The notes: generated by a model from the letters alone, not told the origin. Shown: positions 13,001 to 25,721, counted from the first letter of the whole stretch. The stretch is 60,318 nt of DNA, filler included, from Catajapyx aquilonaris (GCA_000934665.2; 2 parts of 2 records of this genome joined end to end with filler, not necessarily neighbours in it), one strand, 5' to 3'. Numbers and translations are program-made.

Positions 13001-13244
13001 TTTTTAGTAAATATTGTTGCTATATCTGGGCCAAAATAAATTCTGTTAACTTAAGTTAATAAATTCAGGTTAATGATTTTGCATTTTTTTCATGAATCTT
13101 CAACAATCTGTAGAAGGCTAATATTAAAATCCTATTCATGGTGTTTGGTAATGCCTTCTGATTGGTCCGACTCATTGTTACCGCGACTCTTCCGAGTGGC
13201 CCCCGTTCCGCGCATGCGCAATGGGGGCGGGACCTGTTCATTTT

Positions 13245-13591
13245 AATAATAATTGGGTTAGTGCACCGCCCGTTGGTGGGCATCTGGCACGGTACCTTTA
13301 TTTGCTTTTTAAGTGTACAGCTACATATTTGGTCCTTTTCCGTAACGCCCGGGTACCGCGAGCGATAGGGGATGACAGGAGGGGATGTGCAAGTGCAGTG
13401 CAATGCTGTACGAGGTCATTTTGTGAACTCCCCCGGGTGGATTTGTCTGTAGGATATTCCACCCAGAAACGAAGCCAGAGATGACCCACACTCTGCACGA
13501 GATGAAGGGGGTGTCCCCGGGCGGGATTTGATCCCGGGACCTTAACATCCGTGGGCGCACACGTTACCGCGGCGCCACTCCGTCTCCCCCT
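13245..13591 (-). mobile_element. tRNA-derived SINE, family A copy 2
   Basis: Reverse-complement match to 2055-2397. A 13-bp TSD acctgttcatttt lies at 13232-13244 and 13592-13604. Confidence 0.88.
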
Positions 13592-14008
13592 ACCTGTTCA
13601 TTTTCGTGCTGACTGGCGGCAGGTACACATCTCGGGAAGCGGATCTCCCGTCACCTCAACTTTCCCCAATCCTCGACCCACCCAGTAACCCACCCTTCAC
13701 TCCTTCACCGCAACAGTTATCGAATTGGTCGCTGGGTATGCCCGTATGCTCGGGTGTAAAAAAACATACGGCCTTTCGCATGATGCGGTAATTGATCAGG
13801 CTGCTCTAGAACTAATGGCGTGGGTGGTAGGGTGGTGGTGTGGGAGGGGGGGGGGACAGTCATGGCAACGGGAGGGGGGGCAAATGCCTACTATTGTTGC
13901 ACAAACACTCCGTAGACTCACTTATAGCCATCTTGCATCAGAACCACGATCAGAGCCCACATGCAGAGCCATTATCTGCTCCTCATTTGTACTACTGCGC
14001 ACCCTTAA

Positions 14009-14556
14009 CCCTTTGAGGCCTGCGTGCGCATCATATGATGTCCTGAGCTTTTTTTAAATTTGGCGCGCTAGGGTGTGCATAGAGAATTCGAACTTTCCGG
14101 TTCAATATGCTCCTGCCATCACTTGGCTGGTGACTCAACTACCATGTCATTCTCAGAATCCACCTGCTTGGACCGCAAAGTTGATTCGTGTATGCCAAGT
14201 CTCCAAGGTCGTGTTGCTGCCGCTTGATCGTTTATGTAAACAAGCGCCCTCAGTACTGTACAGGGTGTCCCGTAAATACTTGACACTTGGGAGTTTCTCG
14301 TAGTGTACAGTGTTGTGGTAATGTGTAACCATAATAACATTGTACTCGTATAGTAAACTTGTTAGGCCTATCGACTTTCTGAGAGCCGGACGATTCTAAA
14401 AAGATTCTTTCTGGGGCACCCTGTAGATGAATTTCTTCTGGCATTTTACATCCAAAAGGACCAAATTTTGGCGTGAAATTGTTATTCATTAATATCGCTC
14501 CTACATTGAATTTTAGGCAACAAAAAAAAACCTGCCAAAATACCGCCGTCAAAGGG
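14009..14556. mobile_element. piggyBac-type MITE
   Basis: TTAA-ccctttga ... tcaaaggg-TTAA termini. Confidence 0.75.
14261..14423. mobile_element. Tc1/mariner-type MITE nested in the piggyBac MITE
   Basis: TA-cagggtgtccc ... ggggcaccctg-TA. Confidence 0.7.
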
Positions 14557-14864
14557 TTAAAACGGAGGCCGGGCGGAGGGTGGGTGGAGGGAGGGGAGTT
14601 TGCTGATGGTTGTTGGATCCATGGGCATCATCACTGCTCAGATCAAATAAGTGATTAACAATATGTCCTCCGCCACCGCAGGCCTAGAAAAAACGAGCGA
14701 AGCTAGAGTTTTTCTAGTTACAGTATTTATATTTTTATGGTTCATAATATTCAGAAAAGTATTTGTTAACTACTAAAGATCAAGATAAATGGATAGTGTT
14801 GAACATTATGGTTGCCAATAACAACTGCTGCTGCTACAACTACTTTTATACGACTACGATTGTA

Positions 14865-15656
14865 CTAGAAAAACCCTCGCTTCGCTCGTTTGTTTCTAGG
14901 CCTGCGACTATTGTTAATTGCTTCGAACTTGGCAAGTGATGACACCCTTGGATCCAACAACCACCCGTCACCGCAAGCCGGACAGACACCTGCACATGTT
15001 CCATTGGCTGGTTCCATTTCAATCCAGACGGAGGGTGCCCAGTCATGGTCTTCGATTTTTTTTAAAAAAATATATGTGAAACCCACATCCAATTGAACCC
15101 TTATGGAGCAATCAGTTTTACGAGATTAAATTTAGTTATCGATATATTAATATTTCTTTCAAGGGGTACCAAAATAACCTTCACGGGAAGTGCACTTTTT
15201 CCATTGCTTTCAATGAGTATATCTCGGGAACTGTTCGGAAAACCAACATGAAATTTTAAACTCATGCTTTTGGAAGAACACNTCTGGGACGGAATGGTGG
15301 TGAGCTCACGTGTTGGACTGTTTGGAACATTTGGTTTGACCATTGACACCTGCTGCTGTTCTGTTGTTTTGTTGTTGATGTTTAGAATGGGGGGATGCGA
15401 GCGGGAGGAGAAGGTAGATGGAATGGCGGAGAGGGGGGACTGGGTATTGGGGTGGGGAGAGACCGAGAGAGCGAAGTGAACTCTCTCTCCCTCAAAGATG
15501 GAATGGCAGTTTTTCCTCCTACCCACCAGAGGCACTGTCTACACCCGCTGCACATGTGTAGAACGTGAGCCAATAGAAGCAGTCCCGGCAACAATATGTG
15601 GCGGACCAATCAGAAGGCATAACCATACAACATGAAAAGGATTTAAATATTATAGA
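14865..15656 (-). mobile_element. Non-autonomous Helitron-like element (copy 2)
   Basis: The minus strand starts tctataatattt and ends gagcgaagcgagggtttttCTAG before a T. Both termini are homologous to 13107-14717. Confidence 0.65.
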
Positions 15657-16155
15657 GTACAATAACTACTGTATGTTATTATTGTATGATAATGGCTAGT
15701 TTACACACAACTGTAATAAAGGGAAGCAGTGTGAAGACAATAAAGTCTAACAGTTCGGTATGAGGATATTCATACTCAGCCGTAATAGTTGCATGATAAC
15801 CATCACAGTTTATTTCTGCTTCCATTTCCTGGTGCATCCAAGTAGGTTGCATAAAACTCTTTCCAGTAACATGTGAACATGTCAGTATACAACTGGATAA
15901 AAATTGTGCCATCCCTAATTTCTGTAAGAATACCAATAAAAATTGCTATTGAAGGTTGCTAATTAAATATCTCAAGTGGGCATTTGAAAAGTCCACTAGC
16001 AAAAAATCATTGAGAGCACAGAGACAAGAAATGCTATCTTCAATTGGAATGGATAAGAATGTAATCACAGCAGTGAATTGAACTGAATCAAAAAGAAAGG
16101 TGTAGTTTGGGTGTCTAATCCAATATTAGTGGCTCTTGAAACTTACATCATGATT

Positions 16156-16161
<6 letters not shown>

Positions 16162-16196
<35 letters not shown>

Positions 16197-16557
16197 TAAT
16201 AATAATAATAATAATAATCCGGGTAGTGCACGAACTCCTTACGAGTTATATGGCACGGACCTTTATTATTACTCATATACAGTAGTATCGTACAGTGGAC
16301 CTGATGATGTAGCGCCCGGGCCCACGGGCAGGGTGACATGAGGGGATGATCAAAGTGCAGTGCAATGTCATTATGTGGCCATTTTTAGTGAACTCCCCCG
16401 GGTGTTTTAGTCTGTTGGAAATACCACCCGAGACGAAGCCAGAGGCGACCCTGAACTCTGCACGAGATGATGGGGGTGTCCCCAGGCTGGGATCGAACCC
16501 GGGACCTTAACATCCATGGGCGCATACGTTACCGCAGCACCACTCCGCCTCCCCTAG
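16162..16557 (-). mobile_element. tRNA-derived SINE, family A copy 3 with (TTA)n tail
   Basis: Reverse-complement match to copy 1. A 16-bp TSD catcatgattagttaa lies at 16146-16161 and 16558-16573. Confidence 0.9.
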
Positions 16558-17014
16558 CATCATGATTAGTTAAAATGCTAAGCTACAGTGTGTTCCAAGT
16601 TTGCAGGTCTTTTTTAGTTATTGCTAATATCACCCAAAGCTGTTATATTTGTGTAGCTTGTTGGGCACCTGGATCGGGATGCAACAAGCTATGACAGCTT
16701 CAGGTGAAATTTCCAAAACCCAAAGCAATGTGCACACCTGGAACACCTTGCATACTATTCTATTATTATACTATGGGGTTAGTCGAACAACCATTGCACT
16801 GCCTAGACAGATTTTGTACCCATCCCTGGTTTGGGGTCTTCCATAAAGCTGACAGGGCCTCAGTAGGATTCAATCGAGGTGGTAGTGTGGTGGTAGGGAG
16901 GTTTTGCCAGGCATGGCGACACACGCATGGTTCCAAACACCTGTAGGCACAAGGACCCGAAAGTTTACGGTACTTCATGAATTCAATGACAAGTGAGAGG
17001 GAGAAAAGCAAAAG

Positions 17015-17296
17015 TTGGAGATGGGAGGTCCGCTGGAGTGTGACATCCTCTCTGGAGGGGGGGATCAGGCCCATGATGATGGTTGTGTGACGTTCCATAA
17101 AATCTCCACGTGGGACATTTGGGAGTCAAAAATCGTCAAAAACACTTGTGAGCACATGGGAACACAAAAGCATATGGGAGTCAAAAATGCTGAGGAGCTG
17201 TGTCTATTACAGAGTGACATGACCAAAGATGATATAGAATGTGCTATTTGCAGTGTTCGCTTTCTGCAATTTCTGAGACTTAGCCAGCATGACTGA
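17015..17296 (+). pseudogene. Possible relic of a C2H2 zinc-finger gene
   Basis: The ORF ends IECAICSVRFLQFLRLSQHD-stop, which is C-x2-C-x3-F-x5-L-x2-H truncated before the last zinc ligand. There is no ATG at the ORF-track start. Confidence 0.35.
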
Positions 17297-17427
17297 TTTT
17301 ATTACAAGTCATGTGATTTTTGTGATTAACTTTTTGTGGCAAGATCCTTCTTTGTTCCTCCTTCACAGAATGTCCAAAATGTCAGGCACAAATAAATGAT
17401 TGGTTTCTTTTGCAGACAGCAACCAAG

Positions 17428-19560
17428 ATGATGCAAATCAGCAATCAGAACTTTAAGAGCATCTTTCAAGACCTGCAGACTGACCAGTTCCACAAGGACA
17501 TCAAGATTGTGTGTAAGAATGGAACCCTCTATGCACACAGGGTCCTTTTGGCCACAGGGACTCCATTCTTGAAGGGCTTCCTCAAGGATCCAGCAGCCGA
17601 TTTGATAATCCTACCAGATTTTCCACTGACCGTTGTCAGCAGGTGGCTAGGTTTAGTTTATGCTGGAGAGTTACTAAGTGAGGAACTGGACCTGCATGGC
17701 TTTGACGAGTTGGTGACCGCTCTCAGCATCAGTGGTGGTGGAGATAACAGCAGATCTTTGAATGCAGTTCCTAATGGTGGGGGAATAGAAGAGGCTTTGC
17801 TTGTAGATCAGAACATTATGATGGATGAGGAGCCGATGATTGAATCAGACCCACTGCTTGCCACAAATGATGGTCGGCATGGTAATGTGGAGGTCATGGG
17901 GATTGGGGGGACCCAGCTGGAAGATATTCTGGAGGTTAATCTAGATGAGGGAAATGAATCCACAAGGACTGAAGATGTAGAGATGGAGGAACAGGAGGAG
18001 GCAGAGGTTGGAGAAGAGCGAGTGAGTGTTTCTGATATTATGAAGTCATTGTCTGCACCCAAGCACAACACCAAGAAACGCGTCTACCGCTGCTATGTCT
18101 GCTTCAGTGAATTTCATTCTACCAGCGCATTGTTAGCCCATGCTAAGAGCCATCAAGGTAAACTCATCTATAGGTGCAACTTATGCCTCAAACCATTCTC
18201 AAATGTCAAGCAAGTGCACAGCCACAAGAAGCGCCCATGCAATTCTGACCCTGTGGCGTCAAAAGCAAAGAAGCCCTCTCATCTTTCTCACCACAAGCCT
18301 AAACCTAAGCCAAAGAATACTTCTGCCAAGGCAGGTGAACGCTACACTTGCCTACAGTGTGGTGATAGTCTTTCTTCAGATGAGGCCCTTCGAGCACATT
18401 ACCGTCACTGCGCCAAACGCCACGCGTCAGTGGACTCAGTAGAGGACCCAGACGTTCCTCAACTACCACCCAGAAATCTCAACAAATGTCCAGTGTGCTT
18501 CAAGGCGTTTTTGACCTCCAGTGCACTTAACCTCCACCTTGATGATGCTCACAGTGACCCATCTCCATCATACAATGGTGATGAAGATGTGGAGGTTCTT
18601 GAAGTTGTCACTCGATATACTTGCCTGATGTGCAAACGCAAGTTCCAAAGTGATAAGGAGCTTATGGAACACCGTGAGTTGCATGGAGACAGAACAGTAT
18701 TTACTTGTGAATTCTGTGCTGACACATTTCATACGGAACTGGACTACCATAAGCATGTCACTACCCATCCAACAGGCTCTCATGTAACCCATAAGTGCTT
18801 GGTCTGTGAGAAGGTGTTGTCACGTCGTCAGAGCCTGGTAGCACACATGCGTGTGCATTACATTTTACCTGTAGCAGGCACAGCATCCAAACCTCAGCCT
18901 TCTAATACATCAACAACACCCTCACATGCAATTCCACCTCAATCTGCCCCCTTCCAACACTACATGCAAGCAAACAATGAGCACCAGTGCTCTGTCTGTT
19001 CACAGTCCTTCCCCGCACTGTCTGATCTTGAGTACCACCACACTTCCCACCCACTGAACTTTCCCTTCCAGTGCAACCGCTGCAAGAACTCCTACAGCAC
19101 CGCCAAGGAACTTTTGTCTCATCCTTGCCGGGCCCAGACTCTTCCCTCAGCTGCTCCACATCCCCCAGTACAATCCAGAAAGTTGCCTTCTCCCCATACT
19201 CCTCCTCCTCCTCCAACATTTTCACAACCAACCCCTAACACTGCTCCCATGCAAGACGAGCACCCAGAGAGAGCCAACTCAAAAAATCCTACTTTTTGCT
19301 TTGTGTGCCATCGTGACCTGGGGTCATATGTAATGTATGTGCATCACAAGAAGTCGCATCCATCGGGTTCACGGTACCGCTGTGACGTTTGCTTCCGGTC
19401 GTATGCCACTGCACATGATTGTCATCAGCACCGTAGCCAACACTTCAGTGCAATGATCTACGCTTGCCATTTGTGCAATCGTTCTTATCCACTAAAGCCA
19501 GCCCTTAATAATCACCTGAGGAAGAGTCATGGTATTTTACAGGGCCGCCAAAGTTATTGA
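17428..19560 (+). CDS. BTB/POZ domain + about 12 C2H2/C2HC zinc fingers (paralog 2), single coding exon
   Basis: BTB signature (DIKIVCKNGTLYAHRVLL...WLGLVYAG), an acidic linker, then about 12 C-x2-C-x12-H motifs. The ATG at 17428 follows an acceptor tttcttttgcag ending at 17415. Confidence 0.92.
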   Translation: MMQISNQNFKSIFQDLQTDQFHKDIKIVCKNGTLYAHRVLLATGTPFLKGFLKDPAADLIILPDFPLTVVSRWLGLVYAGELLSEELDLHGFDELVTALSISGGGDNSRSLNAVPNGGGIEEALLVDQNIMMDEEPMIESDPLLATNDGRHGNVEVMGIGGTQLEDILEVNLDEGNESTRTEDVEMEEQEEAEVGEERVSVSDIMKSLSAPKHNTKKRVYRCYVCFSEFHSTSALLAHAKSHQGKLIYRCNLCLKPFSNVKQVHSHKKRPCNSDPVASKAKKPSHLSHHKPKPKPKNTSAKAGERYTCLQCGDSLSSDEALRAHYRHCAKRHASVDSVEDPDVPQLPPRNLNKCPVCFKAFLTSSALNLHLDDAHSDPSPSYNGDEDVEVLEVVTRYTCLMCKRKFQSDKELMEHRELHGDRTVFTCEFCADTFHTELDYHKHVTTHPTGSHVTHKCLVCEKVLSRRQSLVAHMRVHYILPVAGTASKPQPSNTSTTPSHAIPPQSAPFQHYMQANNEHQCSVCSQSFPALSDLEYHHTSHPLNFPFQCNRCKNSYSTAKELLSHPCRAQTLPSAAPHPPVQSRKLPSPHTPPPPPTFSQPTPNTAPMQDEHPERANSKNPTFCFVCHRDLGSYVMYVHHKKSHPSGSRYRCDVCFRSYATAHDCHQHRSQHFSAMIYACHLCNRSYPLKPALNNHLRKSHGILQGRQSY

Positions 19561-22268
19561 TAACTATGATGCCTGAGGTGCTCAGTGTGTTCTGCTTATC
19601 GGTTGTGTTTACTGGTTTCAAAAGTAATATCTCTTGTTGCTGTGCCCTGGCATTTCTTACATTGTGGCTGGCAGCATCATAACCTGGGATATAATCACCT
19701 CTCCAAGTTCCCTACAGGAAAACTTAAACAAGTGCCAGATTATAAGTTGTATTAACTTCATGCTTTAAACTGCATTCTACTCGTAATTGGTCATACTCCT
19801 CATGTGACTTGAGTCTACTTTATATAGAAATGAATGTATAGCATCACAGGCTGGTTAAATAAGTATGGGGAGGGTCAAAATGTGCCCAAAACGTTAATTC
19901 ATGGTGTGAGTGATCAATGGTGAATTAAGATGCGGTTCATTTGGAAGAGAGGGATTAGTGGATGAAGGATCTTGGAGCAGTAAACAAAGTCTGCCACAAA
20001 TTTACAAACGCTCGCCTTTTGTCATATTTTCATCAATAATAATATTGGTAATTTCTCGTTCTTCCCAAACCCCAAAAGGGTATGCCAGGAACTAAGCAGT
20101 GACAGGGATTAACTTCAAACAACCCAAGGCATAAATTATAGATTAATCCAACAAAATTGATGAGAAGAAACTTTGATGTAACAGAAATGCAGATGATCAT
20201 GGTAACAACTGGACATTTCTCATGTTAAGTATGGGTTATCCAATCATGACATTCCTCTGCTTTGCATATGGACATGAATACCTTCCTCAATTATTACCAT
20301 GTATGCAGCTTGGAAGAGAAATCTTTGGTAATTATTTTTGCAGAACATGTGTTTCATAATTAGATTTTTGCAGTTTGGAAGCAGTTTTATTATCCAGATG
20401 ACGAATGAAGGATTTTTCTTTTTGATAGCTATAGTTCATGCAGGGGGAGTGAGTGGAAAAACCCTCCACATGCTGCAAATCGTGACTTTTGATTTATGTT
20501 TGGCTTTTTATTATGTTTGTGTCACTAATGTTGCAGTGGAATTTCTCTGCGATGGATCCTGGATACCCAGAAACATGTCCATTAGAGAATTTGTTCTTGG
20601 TGTAATTTTTTCATGACCCGTCCACTGTAGGCTTGATTCCCATATTATGTTAAGTTACTTGCAGGTGATCATTGACTTGTGCATTATTGACTTTACTACT
20701 GTAAGTGCATTTGTGTGAGTCTAATTCCAGAGGCGCAACTGGATTTGTGTGGATAAATCTGCCAACATGTAGAAAAGAAAAGCTGTAACTGCAGTGTGTG
20801 ATAATGTTGAGGTGTGCTCAACTCGCTGCATTCACCACATGTGGTCAAGCAAACATTCCATGCTTGTGGAAAATGGTCACTGGAAGGTCTAGGAGAACGT
20901 CCTAATTTGTTATGTATTAGAATAAGCATTTGAGTGGATTTAGTGAGGAAAAAATGTTCCAGGGAAAAAAATAAAGATTTCAAGTGCATCTTATGTGTAT
21001 TAGTCTTTTCAATTTTGAGAAAGGATCTGGAAGTAGAAATAAGTTCTCCCAACACATCCCAAGTCAAGATATATTTGAAGTACGAAGACATTCTCGTACA
21101 TTCTTGAAATACTGCCTATCGAGCACTCTGCACATAGTGGAAACTTGTCCATACAATATTTTTGTTTGCTCCCAGTGGAAGATTTTCAAGGTATTTTGTC
21201 ACGTGTAGTGGGAACTTGATAATTACAGAACATTTTTGTCAAGAAGATTTATTATACCATGTCCAGATTTCAATGTATGGTCTACTCCGGATATCAGAGA
21301 CTTCAAGGGACAGTAGAAATCTGTATAAAATAACCAAGGTTTCCTATACCGAATATACAGACAGGGCATGGTATGGAAGTATGCTGGGACCAGCCTTTCA
21401 AGTTGGCTACAACTGAAGGTTGCTTATAATCGAGGCTCTTATATCCAGAGTCAACTGTATTACACACGAGCCAAAACAAAAGGTGCTCTCAAAATTAATA
21501 TTCCATGAAGGAATGTTTCCTCCAGCACGAGATGAAAACTTGGAAAGTGCTCCAAAATAATGCATCCAACAAAATTCCTGACCGAGATTTTTTTGTCTGG
21601 AATCAAAAATTGTCATCTTAATATTGCAACCATGAGTTTGGGATTCATGGCTGAAACATATTCACAAACTTTTACCATAAGGAACACTTGAGTTTTGCTT
21701 ATTGCAAGTTAAAGATGTCGGGTTTTTCACTAATTGTGAGTTAAACCTGGCAGTATACGCAATATGTCAGAAATATGTGATTCATGTGTGTCACATTAAA
21801 GCATCAAATGAGTGAGACAAGTTCATTTTTTTGGCATTGTTTGCCTTTTATTTATGAAATAAAAAATAATCTTTTGCAAATATGAAGACATTGAGGTTGT
21901 GGTATTGCCAGAAAATCATAACAGAGTGCAGTATAACAGCCGTTACCCAAGGTGGCTGTTTGTCCACAAGACTGCATGCCAAACAATTCGTGTGACAGTA
22001 GTTTTATGTTCCAACAAGAAATATTCACTGCCTTTACAAGAGGCCATACTCGTTCTCACCATTTCTGGGGAAGTCCCACCGGATACCTCCCTTCCCATGG
22101 ACACCCATACCAGGCACCAGGGATCAGGAGCTATCCGTAAATCAAGGGTGGAGAGAGGCTCATTCTGATTTCCAAGAACTTTGTCGAAACTTCGAACCAA
22201 GCTCTACTTCAAGCCCTTGCCACAATTTAGCGGAATATTCCAGAGTACTAGGCAGAAAGTATCCATAG

Positions 22269-23164
22269 CCTCCTGAGACCCGGCGTCCAGTATACTGGAC
22301 ATCTGGAAAAGTTTTTTTGGCGCCAACTAGTGATGCCAACAGAAGTGTAATCTGTTGGTATCCCATGATTACAATCTGGCCTCAATAGCTGTAGCCACCT
22401 AGTGTCGAATATCTGACTTGGGCCGAGAAAATTAAATCGCGGAAAAAATGGCGGATGCCGCTGCAGAAGCAAGGCGCTCATCTGATAAGTTTTATTTTTT
22501 TCCTCATATTTAGAGTGCGATTTTCGTCAATGTAGGGAATGTCCTGGGATTCGCAAGGAATGTGCATTAGAAAATACGAAAAAAATTGTCTGTGACCATC
22601 TTTGTTGCTGTAGAGATCTGGTAATTTTCTTTTCTTCCTGAGACAAAATGTCCATTTGAATGGACATCCTATTTTTATTTTTTTTAGCTGAATGGGTGTG
22701 ACTTTTCTTTAAGTGCCTGTACCTATACACCCACAAGGAAGTGCGCTTTTCACTATGCAGTTCAGTTTCAAAATCTAGAATAGCAAGGTACCACTTTAGC
22801 GGGTAAGAAGGGAAGGAGCAAGTCCCATGCCTGGAGTGGTGGCGTTAAAAAATAATTTCATTTATCTTTAATTGTCTTCTGAGAGGAATTGCTACCACGA
22901 ATTCCACAAATGAATTTAAAAAACATTGTTTTGAGGATAGAGCACTATGTGAGTGATCCATTAAGGGGTATTTCAATTTTCAGCTCTCATCCGTTCTGCT
23001 TCTGTAGCAGCAAATTAATGCCAATGTTCTCATTGGTTGTTTGTCACCATTTTTGTGGATATTTTAAAACTAAAATTTTTTTCTCGTTTCTTATTGGGAA
23101 AATGTTCAGAAAATGCAATTGGAACTGATATTGCGTTACTCAATTCTTCTCGGGTCTCAGGAGG
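22269..23164. mobile_element. piggyBac-like non-autonomous element with ATAG target duplication
   Basis: Perfect 14-bp TIR cctcctgagacccg, with ATAG directly on both flanks (22265-22268 and 23165-23168). Confidence 0.7.
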
Positions 23165-23820
23165 ATAGTCAAAATTTATACTTTTTACCATCTTTACAAA
23201 CGTGAACTCCTGTATTTGGATACCTGCTTCTACCTATTCCTCATCAGATGAATGGGTCTTGCGTCTCAAAGCTCTTGTTGTTTCAAGATTATTGTAGCAA
23301 CCTCTCAGGGGTTAGGCCTTAGTGCGCTAGGTATAAGAGTGGGACGGATACCACAGCTAGGATGACTTGTACAAGTTGGAAATGCCCCGGAGCTGGAGGT
23401 TGAGCTTGGGTTCATGTTGATTATGTGAAGAACAATGAGTAAATTAAGATATTTCAAATACTGCTGATATGCCAGTCTGACCTAAACTGACACAGGTAAG
23501 AATACTGCACTGATGCGAAGAACAAATGTTGCATTTTACACACCACCATGTAATAAATTGATGTACAAAAGCATAATGTGCAGTATTGCATATCTCTACA
23601 CCTTAAGAAGTTCCAGGGACATAATAATTATGCCATAAAACTGTTGAGATTTTTGATTTTTGAGTGCCTCAGAAGTAGTGTTGCTCAGGATCAAGCTACC
23701 AATAAATGCAGTATGTGTCTGAAACAATACCTGAACCATCCCATGCAATTAATCCACCAACATCCATTAATTCTATCTTCATGTCCTGCTACATGAATTA
23801 AATATTCATGTTATTATTAA

Positions 23821-24685
23821 CCCCCTGGCTTTCATGGGGTCATAAGTGACCAAAGGGATATCAAATCTGGAGGTCAAAAAAGCACTGTGCATAAGTACTT
23901 GTGATACACTCGGATATTTATTGCATGCTTTCATTTGTGCAGTTGTATCTTGGAAGTATCAGCTAATGCAAACCAGAAATTGCACTCTTCGCAAACTGAA
24001 GTAAAATACATTTTTCCAATCCATTCCACAAAATGGTATGTGCAGAAGAAATTTCTCTTGCATATATGACAAAAATGCAGGAAAATGGTTACACCGGGAT
24101 CAAACAAATTTCAGTAATGGACTACTGTTATGGTCCAGAGAATCTACAGTAGATTTTCTACTACATTATACTTTTACTGTAGTCAATGGGCACAAAAAAT
24201 ATGACCCATAGAATTTTGACATTAGGAATTTCTGTGCAGGCCTCTGTGACGTTTCCACAAGTACAATGGTATTGCACATTCATAAATTATATGAAGATAT
24301 GGCTAAGGAATTGTCTGAAACTCAAACATCAAGTGCAGTTACCAGACTGCAATCCTACACGTGCATGAGTCAGCAATCCTGCCACCACTTTTCTGTAACA
24401 ACACAATGTATGAGAAGGTCATATGAATGAAATTAGTAACTGTTGTATTATTTCCAGTTCTGGCCAGGTGGTCCTGTCTTGGAAATACCTAAAAGGGTTA
24501 CAAAACTCACGTTTGAGCAAGTACCTGAGGCCCATGAAAGCAAAAAGCATGGCAACAATGCAAAATGGTGGTCCTGCTCAGTTTAAATGGAATTCTTTTA
24601 TTCTTCACAGTGTTTATTATTTGAGAATAAATAATATAAAAACCTCACACACATGTGCTATTCTTTTATAACATGTACCAGGGGG
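23821..24685. mobile_element. piggyBac-type MITE
   Basis: TTAA-ccccctgg ... ccaggggg-TTAA termini. Confidence 0.6.
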
Positions 24686-25081
24686 TTAAAGAGTGATCCC
24701 ATTCAATCACCAATTCTCTACAATACTTTCTAAACGCAACTGCTATAAATCAGTGTCTCTAGTAGTAAACGCATTCTGCCACCCAAAGGCAAAATGTCCT
24801 GTATGCATTTTTAAAAATATCAATTTCAAAGCTAGCCACTTGAAGCTGCACTTTGTATATTTTTGACTGCGGCATGTGACCAACAAAACCTGAGGTATTG
24901 GCAAAACAAAAATTGCGATATGAAGAGTCACAATGACTTTCCTCTCAACTTCACCAAGAGTAAATGTAATGTAGTTTGCCTTTGAGCAGCAGTATTATCC
25001 TCTTCTTGCACTTAAAATGGCCTTAACTTAACACAATGTTCAATTGGCAGTAGTCACATCTTGTCTTCTGGGGGTAGTTGC

Positions 25082-25721
25082 TTACTTTCCAGCATGCATT
25101 TTCTGGTGCTTCTGCAAGTGTGTCTTCTGGGTGAAGTCCTTCCCACAGGTGTCACATGCAAAGGGCCTGAGGCCCATGTGGATCATATCATGTCTTTGCA
25201 GAGCTCCTTTCTGGGTGAACCCCTTTCCACAGAGGGAACAGGTGAAATGCCGCCTCTCCTCCACACTGCCCAGGTGGATTCGCCTGTGGTATGCTAACTT
25301 GCACTGATACACAAAGGCTTTCCCACATGAGTCACACCGATGGGGCTTGCGTCCTGAGTGGGCCCTCTCGTGTCGGCTCAGCTGGGCCCTTTTGCCAAAC
25401 CGCGCCCCACATGTCACACACTCGTGAGATTTCTTTCCCCCCTCCTCTGAGCTTCCTCCACTGGCTGAACCTGGGCTGCCCCCGTGGTCCAGTCGATGGG
25501 CATGGAGTTCTGCAGCAGTGGTAAAACGCTGCCCACACAGGGCACAAACCTGCAGAGGTGGTTGCTCTGTCTGGGGTGGTGGTGGTGGCTGCTGGAGGGA
25601 GCCAGGGTGCTGCAGGTGGACATCCAGGGTCACACCATTGCGGGAGGTCACTACTTCTGCTTCATATGCCACCTCACCAGCATTCTGCAGGTTGGTGAGC
25701 TCTTCAGAAGTTTCCATTCCG
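25082..25721 (-). CDS. C2H2 zinc-finger protein, terminal exon with 5 fingers
   Basis: Five fingers: CALC, CVTC, CDSC, CSLC and CDTC, with TGEKP-like linkers (SGRKPH, MGLRPF). An acceptor tctgattcctcctacccaaacag precedes 25721. Confidence 0.9.

Larger units (their letters stand above)
13107..14717 (+). mobile_element. Non-autonomous Helitron-like element (copy 1) hosting three nested insertions
   Basis: Begins TC after an A. The 5' part (taatattaaaatcc...atgccttctgattggtccg) and 3' part (ggttgttggatcca...gcaggcctagaaa..acgagcgaagc...tttttctag) match the inverted copy at 14865-15656. Ends CTAG followed by T. Confidence 0.65.

Noticed and set aside
19900..22250. Coding-like decayed sequence downstream of BTB-ZF paralog 2
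   Set aside because: There are several short same-frame ORFs on the minus strand, but I could assign no motif, so I cannot support a call.
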